A stretch of DNA of 64,000 bases from assembly GCA_001897535.1 (NCBI GenBank), contig MKTC01000021.1:24532-88531 (forward strand), read 5' to 3'. Each line of letters starts with the position of its first letter. The first letter of the stretch is position 1. Under the pieces are notes generated by a model. The model did not search any database and was not told the DNA's origin. It worked only from the letters and a program-made list of their open reading frames with translations. The position numbers were made by a program, and so were the translations under genes. Origin of the DNA: Bacteroidetes bacterium 37-13. Lineage in GTDB: Bacteria; Bacteroidota; Bacteroidia; Chitinophagales; LD1. Shown one piece after another: positions 46,721-57,340 of this stretch.

Positions 46721-47587
46721 ATGAGTGAAGATATATCAATGATACGCAAACCCGATTGGCTCAAAATACAAATTCCTTCGGGCGAAGAATATTCTGAAGT
46801 AAAAAAGAACATTAAGGAAAACAAACTGCACACGATTTGCGAAAGCGGCAACTGCCCCAACCGAAACGAATGTTGGGGGCGCGGCACAGCAACCATTATG
46901 ATATTGGGAAATATTTGTACGCGCAGTTGTGGTTTTTGTAATGTAAAAACAGGAAACCCGCTGCAAGTAGATATTGCCGAGCCGATGCGCGTAGCCGAGT
47001 CAGTTAAAAAAATGGGCTTGAGCCACGTAGTGATGACATCTGTTGATAGAGATGATTTAATAGATGGCGGAAGCATTATTTGGGCAGCCACCATTCGCGC
47101 TATCCGCAAGGTTTGCGAAGGTGTAACGATGGAAACGCTTATTCCCGATTTTCAAGGAAAGCAAGAAAACCTTCAACGCATAATAAACGAAAAACCCGAA
47201 GTGGTAAGCCACAATATAGAAACCGTGCGGAGATTGAGCAGGCAGGTGCGTGTACAAGCGCGTTTCGATAGAAGTTTAGATGTGCTAAAACGCCTGAAAG
47301 ATGGTGGCATAGACCGAACTAAAAGCGGTATTATGCTTGGCTTGGGCGAAACAAACGAAGAAGTGTTGGAAGCAATGCAAGATTTAAGAAAAGCAGAAGT
47401 AGATGTGCTTACACTTGGGCAATATCTGCAACCGACTAAACAGCATTTACCCGTAAAACGCTATGTAAAAATTGCAGAGTTCAACGAGTTAAGAGATGCC
47501 GGTTTGGCAATGGGTTTCACTTTTGTGGAAAGCGGTCCGATGGTGCGCAGCAGCTACCATGCCGAAAAGCATGTGAAGAAGGTGTAA
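46721..47587 (+). CDS. lipA: Lipoyl synthase
   Basis: CESGNCPNRNEC plus the radical-SAM motif CTRSCGFC. Confidence 0.95.
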   Translation: MSEDISMIRKPDWLKIQIPSGEEYSEVKKNIKENKLHTICESGNCPNRNECWGRGTATIMILGNICTRSCGFCNVKTGNPLQVDIAEPMRVAESVKKMGLSHVVMTSVDRDDLIDGGSIIWAATIRAIRKVCEGVTMETLIPDFQGKQENLQRIINEKPEVVSHNIETVRRLSRQVRVQARFDRSLDVLKRLKDGGIDRTKSGIMLGLGETNEEVLEAMQDLRKAEVDVLTLGQYLQPTKQHLPVKRYVKIAEFNELRDAGLAMGFTFVESGPMVRSSYHAEKHVKKV

Positions 47588-47615
47588 CCATAGCGTCAAT
47601 AATTTAAGAATAAAA

Positions 47616-49433
47616 GTGACTGCCGAAGAATTTAGAGAACAATACCAACAATCTATTCCGAATGAGCCCGGAGTGTATCGCTACTTTAACGATAACAACG
47701 AAATACTCTATATCGGTAAAGCAAAGAACTTGCGCAAGCGCGTTTCAAGCTATTTCAACAATGGCGATTTGAGTTACCGTATTTTAGTTATGGTGCGCAG
47801 CATTGCTAAAATTGAATTTACCATTGTGAGCACCGAACAAGACGCTTTTCTGCTCGAAAATTCGCTCATTAAACAATACCAGCCGCGCTATAACATTAAC
47901 CTGAAAGACGATAAAACTTATCCGTATATAGTCATTAAAAACGAACCATTTCCGCGTGTTTTTTTAACTCGAAATGTAATTAAAGATGGCAGCCAATACA
48001 TCGGCCCGTTTACATCGGTAAACAGTGTGCGCGAAGTGCTGAATTTGCTGAGCATGTTGTTTCCAATTAGAACTTGCACACTTTCGCTTACACGCAAAAA
48101 CATACAAGCCGGAAAATTTAAAGTGTGTTTGGAATATCACATGAAAAGATGCTTAGCTCCTTGTGTTGGCTATATTACAGAAGAAGAATACAACGAAAAT
48201 ATTACCGAAATAAAAAACTTGCTCAAAAGCGATTTCGGTTCTGTAATGCGATTTTTAAAGCGCAAAATGAACGAGTTCGCAGAGCAATTAGATTTTGAAA
48301 CCGCAAATACTTTTAAGGAAAAAATAGAAGCACTAGATGCTTGGCAAAGCAAGAGTACGATTGTGAATCCGCGCCTACATAATATTGATGTGTATGGCTA
48401 TAGCGAAGCAAAAAACTTTGCCTTTGTGAGCTTTTTAAAAATTGGCAATGGCACTATTGTGCGTGCCAAAACATTGGAAGTGAAAAAGCAATTAGACGAA
48501 GCTCCGGAAGAAATTTTACAACGCGCCATAGTAGAAATTAGCTTTGGAGAAGAAAGCGAAATGCAAGCCGAAAATCCGGAAATAATTTTACCGTTTGAGG
48601 TTGAAATTCCTTTTGCGCACACGCTCGTAATTCCGCAGGCAGGTGATAAAAAGAAACTACTCGATTTAGCTACCCGAAATGCGCTTTATGCCAAAGAAGA
48701 CAAAGTGAAAAGCCTAATGACTTCCGAAGAAAAAAATCCTTCGTTTAGGATTATGCGCACTTTAAAAGATGATTTAAAATTGAAAGAACTACCGCGCCAC
48801 ATCGAGTGTTTCGACAATTCAAATATTATGGGAACAAATGCCGTGAGCGCGTGTGTGGTTTTTAAAGATGCCAAACCAAGTAAAAAAGATTACCGCATTT
48901 TTAATGTAAAAACAGTAGTGGGTCCCAACGATTTTGCCACTATGGAAGAGGTGATTTACAGACGCTATAAACGCATGATAGAAGAAGAGCAAACGCTGCC
49001 GCAACTTATTATTGTTGATGGCGGAAAAGGACAGTTGAGCAGCGCCATTATTAGTTTGGAAAAATTAGGTTTATATGGAAAAATTCCGATAGTGGGCATT
49101 GCCAAGAACTTAGAAGAAATTTATTTCCCCGAAGATTCTATTCCGCTCCACATCAACAAGAAAAGTGAGAGCCTAAAACTTATCCAGCGCATGAGAGATG
49201 AGGCACACCGTTTCGGAATTACACATCACCGCGATAAACGCAGCAAAAATTTCACCGTTACTGAACTCGAAGGCATAAAAGGAATTGGGGAAAAAACAAC
49301 CAATTTATTGCTCTCGCATTTTGGTTCGGTAGCACAACTTAAAAAAGCAACACTGCAAGAAATTGCAACATTGGTTGGCAATGCAAAAGCAGCAGTTGTA
49401 ATGAAATATTTTGAGCAAGAGCAATTGAACTAA
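47616..49433 (+). CDS. uvrC: Excinuclease ABC subunit C (GTG start)
   Basis: N-terminal GIY-YIG (PGVYRYFNDNNEILYIGKAKNLRKRV), a central UvrC domain, and a C-terminal HhH (GIGEKTTNLLLSHFGS). Confidence 0.9.
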   Translation: MTAEEFREQYQQSIPNEPGVYRYFNDNNEILYIGKAKNLRKRVSSYFNNGDLSYRILVMVRSIAKIEFTIVSTEQDAFLLENSLIKQYQPRYNINLKDDKTYPYIVIKNEPFPRVFLTRNVIKDGSQYIGPFTSVNSVREVLNLLSMLFPIRTCTLSLTRKNIQAGKFKVCLEYHMKRCLAPCVGYITEEEYNENITEIKNLLKSDFGSVMRFLKRKMNEFAEQLDFETANTFKEKIEALDAWQSKSTIVNPRLHNIDVYGYSEAKNFAFVSFLKIGNGTIVRAKTLEVKKQLDEAPEEILQRAIVEISFGEESEMQAENPEIILPFEVEIPFAHTLVIPQAGDKKKLLDLATRNALYAKEDKVKSLMTSEEKNPSFRIMRTLKDDLKLKELPRHIECFDNSNIMGTNAVSACVVFKDAKPSKKDYRIFNVKTVVGPNDFATMEEVIYRRYKRMIEEEQTLPQLIIVDGGKGQLSSAIISLEKLGLYGKIPIVGIAKNLEEIYFPEDSIPLHINKKSESLKLIQRMRDEAHRFGITHHRDKRSKNFTVTELEGIKGIGEKTTNLLLSHFGSVAQLKKATLQEIATLVGNAKAAVVMKYFEQEQLN

Positions 49434-50009
49434 ATATCATTTTTTTTACTAACTATAGTATGTTGTAACGTGTATTCTAAGTATAGCTTTGCTTACTTAA
49501 AATAGCAATAGATTTTAAACGGAAAATATTTGTAAAATTTGAGCAAAGAGTCCGAGTGGAGTTCCTATCTTTGAGTGGAAGAATAATTTAGTTTAAACAA
49601 AATTCCAGTTTTAAGCAACTTACAAATGAATTTATAGATAAAGCAAAACCATTAATACAAGAATTATAGAAATAAAACGGCATGGCAAAAATCAACGTAA
49701 AAGATACCACAAACAAAGCGATTGATAAAACTCAATAAAATAGCTATTCAGCAAATGAGCATATTATAGGACGTGGATAAAAGAAAACTATTGAAATAAA
49801 TTAGCCGGTTCAACAAAACAGCCAAAACTATTTCAAAAATATAGCTTAAATGACTAATGTTTTTTGTCCGCTTTTTGTTCAGAATTTCACTATAAACTTA
49901 GAACTTTTGCCTATTGGGCTAAAATTATTCTTTTCAATTAACGGTGAGATATAAGCGTATGTACTATTTTTAAAAAACTTCTTCAATTTATCGCTTTATT
50001 TCACCCCGC

Positions 50010-51311
50010 ATGAAATTTTACAACATTCATAAACCGGAAAAAAAAGTAAACCTTACCGAAGCGGTGCTAACCGGCATTCAAGGCAGCGAAGGCTTGTTTA
50101 TGCCTGAATATATTCCAACGCTTCTGGATTCGTTTTTTGAGCAGTTGCCACAACTCTCTTTGCAAGAAATTGGCATTGCTGTTGCCGAAAAATTTCTAAG
50201 TGAAGATGTGAGTAAAACAGACATTCAAAATATAGTTTCTGAAGCATTAAATTTTCCAATTCCATTGGTGAATGTTACAGAGAACATTTATTCGTTAGAA
50301 CTTTTTCACGGACCAACCTTAGCTTTTAAAGATGTGGGTGCGCGTTTTATGGCACGATTGTTTTCGGTGTTGAACAAAAACAGTTCTGAAAAAATTAAAA
50401 TTTTAGTTGCCACCTCTGGCGATACCGGAGGCGCAGTGGCTAATGCTTTTTTTAATGTAGAAGGAATTTCTGTAACCATTTTATACCCTTCGGGGAAAGT
50501 GAGCGCATTGCAGGAAAAACAACTTACCACACTCGGTAAAAATATTTCTGCCATAGAAGTAAACGGAACTTTTGACGATTGCCAACGCTTAGTGAAACAA
50601 GCTTTTGCAGATGTTTCTTTACAACAAAAACTAAAGTTGGCTTCTGCAAATTCTATCAATTTGGCAAGGTTAATTCCGCAGTCGTTTTACTATTTTTGGG
50701 CAGTTGCGCAGGCATGGAAACAGAACAAAAAACAAGCTATTGCCATTAGTGTTCCGAGTGGAAATTTTGGAAATATCACCGCAGGAATTATTGCACAAAA
50801 AATGGGCTTGCCGATTTCTAAATTTATTGCGGCAACAAATGCAAATAATATTGTTCCGCAATACTTACTCAATGGAAATTATGAACCAAAAGCATCTGTT
50901 CAAACCATTTCAAACGCAATGGATGTTGGCAATCCGAGCAACTTTGCACGAATGAAGGTTTTGTTTGAAAACAGTTGGGAGCAAATGAAAGCAAGCATTA
51001 ACGGCTTCTATTTTTCTGATAAAGAAACAAAAGCCGCAATACGCAATTTATATACGCGATTTAATTATATTGCCGACCCGCACGGAGCAGTTGGTTACTT
51101 GGCTTTAGCGGCATATTTAAAAGAAGAAAAAAACACCACAGGAATATTTTTAGAAACGGCACATCCTGCAAAATTTATTGATGTGGTTGAAGAAGCTTTG
51201 AGCGAGAAAATAGAAATTCCACAGGCGCTTTCTGCACTTGCTTCAAAACAAAAAGTAGCTGGAAAAATAGATGCAGATTATGAGCAGTTGAAAGCAATAT
51301 TGCTTGCTTAG
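50010..51311 (+). CDS. thrC: Threonine synthase
   Basis: PLP-lysine block HGPTLAFKDVGARF and SGDTGGA. Confidence 0.9.
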   Translation: MKFYNIHKPEKKVNLTEAVLTGIQGSEGLFMPEYIPTLLDSFFEQLPQLSLQEIGIAVAEKFLSEDVSKTDIQNIVSEALNFPIPLVNVTENIYSLELFHGPTLAFKDVGARFMARLFSVLNKNSSEKIKILVATSGDTGGAVANAFFNVEGISVTILYPSGKVSALQEKQLTTLGKNISAIEVNGTFDDCQRLVKQAFADVSLQQKLKLASANSINLARLIPQSFYYFWAVAQAWKQNKKQAIAISVPSGNFGNITAGIIAQKMGLPISKFIAATNANNIVPQYLLNGNYEPKASVQTISNAMDVGNPSNFARMKVLFENSWEQMKASINGFYFSDKETKAAIRNLYTRFNYIADPHGAVGYLALAAYLKEEKNTTGIFLETAHPAKFIDVVEEALSEKIEIPQALSALASKQKVAGKIDADYEQLKAILLA

Positions 51312-53752
51312 AAAGTTCGCCATTTTAATTTCTTGGCATTCTCGTTTAGCTTAATTCCAACTGTTACAAAGAAAGTAAGTGGCTCCGAAGGAATAATTCC
51401 CGGTCCCGGATAACTCACGGCTCTTCGCGTAAAATAAATATGGTTTGTAAAATTGTTTATACCTGCAATTAACTGCACGCAGCGGAAAGTATATTTTGCA
51501 TTCCAATCGAAAGTGTAATACGCAGGAATAATTCCATTTACACCCGTTGCCGTAAATCGCGCATTGGTAGCATCGGTAAATTGCTCCGAAACATATTGCC
51601 CTTGAATGCCGGTGGCAAAATCTCTAAAGCGATATTGTACGCCAAATCGAACGGTATGTTTTGGCGCAAACTCAAGCGAATTTCCAATTACATTTTTATA
51701 CTGCGATTTCACATATGCAGAATGAATAAAACCATAAGAAATATATAAATTCAAATGCCCGGCATCGTGATGAACCACAGCGGCTTTCAGCACATCAGCT
51801 TCTACAAAAATTTCTGCTCCGGTGCTTTGCGAACTTCCCACATTTGTGGTGAAGCGATAAATATTATATGCCGAATCCACTTGCTGAATTTGCCCGATTC
51901 TATTGTTGTATTGCAGCCAGAAAGCACTCACGTCCCAATGTAACCAACTTTTAAAATCTCCGCGATAACCCAAGTCTGCATTAAACCCTTTTTCATCTTT
52001 TAAATTTGGATCAACCAACTGGCTCGTGCGAATTACGCGCATATCGGTAAACGTGATGCCTCTGTAGTTTTGCGAAATATTTGCATACAGTTCAGAATTT
52101 CTCCAAACATTATACGAAACGCCCAAACCTAATAGCACAAAGCTTCTTTGCATATCGCGCTTTTCGGGTTTTATAGCAGTATCTATTTGATTAAAAAAAG
52201 ATTGCCGATAATAACCATCTGATTGTGTGCGAATATGCTCAAATCGAATGCCGGGTGTAATTTTTATCTTGTTCTTAATATTAAAAACATGCTCTGTAAA
52301 TAAAGCCACATTCATTCCCGGGAAATGAAAATCGGAACCTTCTAAAGAATCAGGGTGAAGAAAGCGATAATCTGCATCGCTGTTACTGCTTCCTAAACCT
52401 TGTTGTTTTTGTGTGTTGCCGATATAAAAACGAGCACCAATCAACCAACCCGATAAATATTTTCCGAGATAGTATTTCCATAAATAACGCGCTTCGGAAC
52501 CGAAGTTTTTGTACTTGTCTTTTATTAAATCGCGCGGCTGTGTTATATCGTCTTGGCGGTTGGTAGTTCCTAAAAATCCTAAGGCATTTCTTCCACCCAA
52601 AAATCCCCATGCTCTAAAATTAAATTGATGGTGAATGTTGTGTTTGTAGTTTAGCGATAGGGCTAAAATATTCCAATCGGTAGAAAACCAATTTCGAGTG
52701 CGCAAGCTTTGGCGGGCATTATTTTCAAACTGTTCATCGGTTAAACCTCCCGGCTGCTTACTATCGTATTTTGATAAAGTATATTCTAAACGAAGGCTCA
52801 ACTTTTCGGAGCATTGATAACCTAAAGAAACAAAAGCATTATGCGCGTTGAAATTGCCATTTGGTCGCCAGCTTTCGCCTTGTTTGTAGTTGTAATAGCC
52901 ATAGTAATTAAAACATTTTACTGTACCTCCAATGCTGTTGAAAGTGTTTACCAATTTAAAACGTCCGGCAGTGGTAAAAGATGTCCACTCAAATTTTTGG
53001 TCGGTTGGTGCAGATTGTAAAACATAATTCAACATGCCACCAAATTGTGGCCCGTATTGCAGCGAAGCCGCACCGCGAATAATTTCAATTCTATCAACGC
53101 CTTCAGCAGGTGGCACATAATACGCATCGGGATAACCCAAGGCATCGGCACTCATATCGTAGCCATTTTGGCGCATATTAAAATTTGAAGTTCTGTTTGG
53201 ATCTAAGCCGCGTGCAGCAATCCCTAATTGCAAACCTGCGGCATCGCTTTCCCAAATATTTATGCCTGGAACTTTTGCAAATATTTGACGCGAAACATTC
53301 ACTGCTTTGTTAGCAATCAAATCTTTCATCAGTACCAATTCATTTTTTTTGCCTTCGTTTATGGCAACACCTTCAATAGATTTTAAGCGCGAAATTCCAA
53401 AGGTGGAACCTCTATCTTCTACAATTACTTCGTGCAGTTCATGTTCTTGTGATTTTACTTTTATATTGGTGAAAATGGTATCACGGTTTAGCTTTATCCA
53501 AAATTCTTTTTTCTCAATTCCTAAAGCTTTTATTTCTAATTCATATCTGCCTTTTGCAATGTTTTTAAGGTTGAAATTTCCTAAAGAGTCAGTTTGTGTT
53601 TCGTGTGGTGTGTATTCTAATTTTACTTTTGCATGTTGCACAGCATTGCCTTTTTCATCAACAATATTTCCTGAAATAGAAAAAGTTTGAGCAACTATTT
53701 GCCTTGCAAAAAAGAAAGAAAAAAAAGCAAACAACAGATAGAAATTTCTCAC
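51308..53752 (-). CDS. TonB-dependent outer-membrane receptor
   Basis: A carboxypeptidase-regulatory-like N-domain, a plug (VDRIEIIRGAASLQYG), a 22-strand barrel and a terminal ...KWRTF. The GTG at 53752 gives a clean signal peptide MRNFYLLFAFFSFFFARQIVAQ and overlaps the upstream TGA as GTGA. Confidence 0.85.
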   Translation of the reverse strand: MRNFYLLFAFFSFFFARQIVAQTFSISGNIVDEKGNAVQHAKVKLEYTPHETQTDSLGNFNLKNIAKGRYELEIKALGIEKKEFWIKLNRDTIFTNIKVKSQEHELHEVIVEDRGSTFGISRLKSIEGVAINEGKKNELVLMKDLIANKAVNVSRQIFAKVPGINIWESDAAGLQLGIAARGLDPNRTSNFNMRQNGYDMSADALGYPDAYYVPPAEGVDRIEIIRGAASLQYGPQFGGMLNYVLQSAPTDQKFEWTSFTTAGRFKLVNTFNSIGGTVKCFNYYGYYNYKQGESWRPNGNFNAHNAFVSLGYQCSEKLSLRLEYTLSKYDSKQPGGLTDEQFENNARQSLRTRNWFSTDWNILALSLNYKHNIHHQFNFRAWGFLGGRNALGFLGTTNRQDDITQPRDLIKDKYKNFGSEARYLWKYYLGKYLSGWLIGARFYIGNTQKQQGLGSSNSDADYRFLHPDSLEGSDFHFPGMNVALFTEHVFNIKNKIKITPGIRFEHIRTQSDGYYRQSFFNQIDTAIKPEKRDMQRSFVLLGLGVSYNVWRNSELYANISQNYRGITFTDMRVIRTSQLVDPNLKDEKGFNADLGYRGDFKSWLHWDVSAFWLQYNNRIGQIQQVDSAYNIYRFTTNVGSSQSTGAEIFVEADVLKAAVVHHDAGHLNLYISYGFIHSAYVKSQYKNVIGNSLEFAPKHTVRFGVQYRFRDFATGIQGQYVSEQFTDATNARFTATGVNGIIPAYYTFDWNAKYTFRCVQLIAGINNFTNHIYFTRRAVSYPGPGIIPSEPLTFFVTVGIKLNENAKKLKWRTF

Positions 53753-55134
53753 AACGCACCTACTAATTTTTGCTGTTCGATATTGTAAGGCAATATCCAT
53801 TTTTTGTTTGAAAATCCGTCTTGCTCGGCTGCTAAATTCACGCTTGGGTTAATTAGCAATCGGCTTCCTTCGCCATTTAGTGTTACATAATTTTCTACAT
53901 AAATTTCAGGATTTTCCCAGCCTAATTTTTGATAAATCCAAGCTAAGTGATGTGCAAATTGCAAAATCATATCGGGCTGTGTACACATTTGTTTTTCTTG
54001 CTGTTGCGTAAGATAATCGCTATTGCGAATGGCAACAATTCTATTGCTATTTTTTTCTTTTACATGAAATGTTGCCATACCTGCTTTTTCCATTAGCATC
54101 ACTCGCCACGAAAATCGAAAACCTTGCTCGTGCCAAAATAAATCTTTCGGATACATTAAATATCTGAATGGAAATAGAAATTGAAAACTAAAATGAAGCA
54201 CAAAAAGTGCAATGCCAACTCTTCCAAATATTGATGGAGCAAAGCCTAAAAATTTACGCAGAGAAAATGTGTTTGCTTGGTTTTTTTCTTGCTGAATTGG
54301 AATAATAAACACAATAGCGCAAACCATCATAATAAAAGGAAACATACCGATTGGCGGAAAAAGAATGGCGGTGAGTGCGTGAAAAATTACTACTACTGCG
54401 TAAGCCAAGTATTTTGTTTTTCGCCAGAAGAGAAAGAAAGGAATTAGCGTATCGAACAACATGCCGCACCAACTAAAAAGATAGGCAAGCCAAGTTTCGC
54501 TGAGCCATGCACCAACGAAAGGCAAATTGGTTTTTGTGGGCAGCCAAAGTTTAAGCGGCATAGCATTAAATAGCCAATCGTAATTTATTTTGGCTATGCC
54601 CGCAAAAAAATAAACAGTTGCCATTTGCAGTTGCAAAGCCAGGCTCATCCAACGCGGAAAAATTTCTAATGGCTTTGTAATTCCAAATTTTACATCGAGC
54701 GAAAATTGTTTGTGTGCAGGAATAAAGCAAAGCAAAAGAGCAATAATGCTGATAAAGTAATAATGGTTGAGATAAATGCTTTTTTCAATTAGTTCTACGT
54801 ATGTAAAAGTAGCAAAGAACACAATGCTCGAAAAGCGATATAAAAACCCGAGTGCTATAAAAATAGCGCTCAAAAACATAGCAATGTAAAGTGCATACAT
54901 GCCTGTTTCGCCCAAAGCTCTCACCCATTCAAAACCGTAGTATGAAAAATGAAAAGATGGTGTGATGTATATTTTTTCTATCCAACCGTTTAGCCAAAAA
55001 CGAATGATGGAAAGCGCCATCATTACACCAAATGCAATGCGGTAAAATACCACTGCATTCAGCCTTTTAAAAAGAGAAAGAAGGCGAATAGAAAAACTAT
55101 TATTAAGTGTTTCAATCTCCATCGTTATCGGCAT
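53749..55134 (-). CDS. HTTM-domain membrane protein (vitamin-K-dependent gamma-carboxylase-like)
   Basis: FYRIAFGVMMALSIIRFWLNGWIEKIYITPSFHFSYYGFEWV plus a polytopic membrane body match the HTTM family pattern. Confidence 0.75.
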   Translation of the reverse strand: MPITMEIETLNNSFSIRLLSLFKRLNAVVFYRIAFGVMMALSIIRFWLNGWIEKIYITPSFHFSYYGFEWVRALGETGMYALYIAMFLSAIFIALGFLYRFSSIVFFATFTYVELIEKSIYLNHYYFISIIALLLCFIPAHKQFSLDVKFGITKPLEIFPRWMSLALQLQMATVYFFAGIAKINYDWLFNAMPLKLWLPTKTNLPFVGAWLSETWLAYLFSWCGMLFDTLIPFFLFWRKTKYLAYAVVVIFHALTAILFPPIGMFPFIMMVCAIVFIIPIQQEKNQANTFSLRKFLGFAPSIFGRVGIALFVLHFSFQFLFPFRYLMYPKDLFWHEQGFRFSWRVMLMEKAGMATFHVKEKNSNRIVAIRNSDYLTQQQEKQMCTQPDMILQFAHHLAWIYQKLGWENPEIYVENYVTLNGEGSRLLINPSVNLAAEQDGFSNKKWILPYNIEQQKLVGAL

Positions 55135-56194
55135 AGCTTATGGTAACACCAACAGCAGAAGCTAAATCTACTTTTACTAAAACAGTTAGCTTTTTCAACT
55201 CTAAAAACAGCGATTCCATTTTAGGTTTATCGCTTGTTAAAGCAGTTTTAAAATCGGTTGAAATTTGATTGGCAGCAGCTATACATTTATCGTATTGGTT
55301 GGCAATTTCTTCGTTTAATGGCACACCTTGAAAACTTGCTTCTTTCACTTGCGGATAATCGTCAAAGCCAATGCCAGCGCCACCTGTGAAGATATTTTTT
55401 CCTGCTTGTAAATTTGCAATCAATAGTTCTTTAGAATAATTAGAATAAAACGCTTCAAGCATTTTTGTGTCTATGTTTCCTGTGGCAATTAACCCAACAT
55501 AGCCAAGCGAATTGCCTACGCGCTCTCTACGGCTGCGTTCGGTGTATTGTGCCCAACTATTGCAAAGAATACTCACAGAGCCACCCAAATCTAAGTTTGT
55601 GGCAGCCGTAAAAGTATTTAGGTAGCCAGCGTTCCAATCATCATACACGGCAGTGATATTGTTTGAAATATCTGCTGCTACATCATTCAAATATTGCTTG
55701 GTGTGAAAATTGCCTACAGTATTCACAAACATATTTTCATCACTTACAGAAAACAATATAAAATCTAAAGCAGGGAAACCTTTCGCTCTTAAATTTCCGG
55801 CTTGGTTAAGGTCGTAGGAACCGGAAGATAGGTTAGATAAAATACGTACGGTATCTGCCGGAAAATTATTGAGCGTAAGCGTTAATCCCGTAGCTTTTCC
55901 GAAATCGAAATTTTCAACTGCTTGCCAAGCGATGTATGCTTCTTTAAAAGCTGTTTTTGTTGCTTGCAACTTAGGCACATCGGGCGCTGCGGTAAAATCT
56001 GCAATTGCAACTTTTAATGCGAGCGATTTTGTTTGTGCTTGTTTATATGCAGGCACAATTACATTGTTTCCTAAATTTTCGAGTAGTGGTTTTCTATCGT
56101 AATCGCTCTTTTTTTCTTTGCAGGCGCTTGTTTGTAAAAACAAAAGCACAACTGCCAATATTGGTAAGCGAGAAAGAAAATATTTTAAAACCAT
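55112..56194 (-). CDS. Imelysin-family (peptidase M75-like) lipoprotein
   Basis: Lipoprotein signal LFLQTSAC. The helical-bundle sequence includes AYIAWQAVENFDFG and GFPALDFILF blocks. The ATG at 56194 is preferred. Confidence 0.7.
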   Translation of the reverse strand: MVLKYFLSRLPILAVVLLFLQTSACKEKKSDYDRKPLLENLGNNVIVPAYKQAQTKSLALKVAIADFTAAPDVPKLQATKTAFKEAYIAWQAVENFDFGKATGLTLTLNNFPADTVRILSNLSSGSYDLNQAGNLRAKGFPALDFILFSVSDENMFVNTVGNFHTKQYLNDVAADISNNITAVYDDWNAGYLNTFTAATNLDLGGSVSILCNSWAQYTERSRRERVGNSLGYVGLIATGNIDTKMLEAFYSNYSKELLIANLQAGKNIFTGGAGIGFDDYPQVKEASFQGVPLNEEIANQYDKCIAAANQISTDFKTALTSDKPKMESLFLELKKLTVLVKVDLASAVGVTISYADNDGD

Positions 56195-56290
56195 AGCATA
56201 ATTTTTTTCAAACTTAATGTGTTCAAGAACAAGCGCCAAACACATCAAAACCTTATTAAAAATAGTTGGCAGCAAAGCTACGAAAAGCAA

Positions 56291-57340
56291 TTATGGATTT
56301 ATACCATAAACAGCGGCTAAGGCAGTTCTTGCAGAAAGAATATTTGCTTGCGTAATTGTCCAGTTGCTATTGCCGATAGTGGTTGAAATATCTGCAATTT
56401 GAGTATTGGTAATTTTTTTGGTACTACTGTAAGAAAGCGCTGTAAGTAAACCTCTAAATTCAGAAAGTGTGCGGCAGCGCGTTACATCGTTTCCAAAGTT
56501 GGCATTGGCAAGTGTGAGGTAATTCACAGCGGTTGCTGCCAATACTTTTTCTACTGATTCTTTCACAATAGCGGCTTGCTTGCTCACTTCATCGTTGTCA
56601 TCATTGTCAATTGCTGCTCTGCCTTTCAAGAAAGCATTCATAATAGTGCTGTTAATGCCAAGCAGTAAAGTTGTATCGCGTTGGCTGCCATATTTTCCAA
56701 TAAACATTAAATCGGTTTTGTTCGTAGGGAAATCTACAGGAACACCATAATAGCCAAAAGCGGCATCCCAACTTTGCTGGCGTGTTTTTTTGTTTACAGA
56801 AGCACCAATGTTTGTTGGCGATAAAAGTACTTCGCAAATTTGGTAGTTGAGCAACGCGCCAAACAGCCCTTTTTCTATACTTTCTTTATACTCAATTCCG
56901 TTAGCATCGAGCAAACGTGCTGCCGAACCGGTTCCTACCACTCCGGCTACACCTTGTCCACCTGCTTGGTTTGCTTGCGATGTGGTTTCTAAAGCGGCAA
57001 ATAGCGATTCTATAACTGATTGTTGGCTTGAAATAACTTGGTTTTTTAGTTGTAAGCCGGAAGTGTTTAATGCCGCATCACTAAACGGTGAATTGGTATT
57101 GGTGAATAAATCATTCAACCTTTGTGCCGTTACAACTGTACCTAAAGTATTTGCCTTTTTAGTTTCAGAAATTAGTTCGTCCATCATTTCCAAGCGTAAA
57201 CTTGACGATGTGAAATATACACTATCGAAAGTGTAAGTGGTTGGCACGGTATAATTCTTTTTGGTTTCATCTTTTTTACAAGAACTAAAACCGATTGCTA
57301 TAAGCATTAAAAGCGCAAGAGGACGAAGAGATTTTTTCAT
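56291..57340 (-). CDS. DUF4856-like lipoprotein
   Basis: MKKSLRPLALLMLIAIGFSSC lipobox starting from the ATG at 57340. It is the first gene of the imelysin/HTTM/TBDR cluster. Confidence 0.6.
   Translation of the reverse strand: MKKSLRPLALLMLIAIGFSSCKKDETKKNYTVPTTYTFDSVYFTSSSLRLEMMDELISETKKANTLGTVVTAQRLNDLFTNTNSPFSDAALNTSGLQLKNQVISSQQSVIESLFAALETTSQANQAGGQGVAGVVGTGSAARLLDANGIEYKESIEKGLFGALLNYQICEVLLSPTNIGASVNKKTRQQSWDAAFGYYGVPVDFPTNKTDLMFIGKYGSQRDTTLLLGINSTIMNAFLKGRAAIDNDDNDEVSKQAAIVKESVEKVLAATAVNYLTLANANFGNDVTRCRTLSEFRGLLTALSYSSTKKITNTQIADISTTIGNSNWTITQANILSARTALAAVYGINP

Noticed and set aside
46681-47109. A 142-aa minus-strand ORF overlapping the lipA 5' half.
   Set aside because: lipA is unambiguous because both Cys clusters are present. 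The antisense ORF has no recognisable features.
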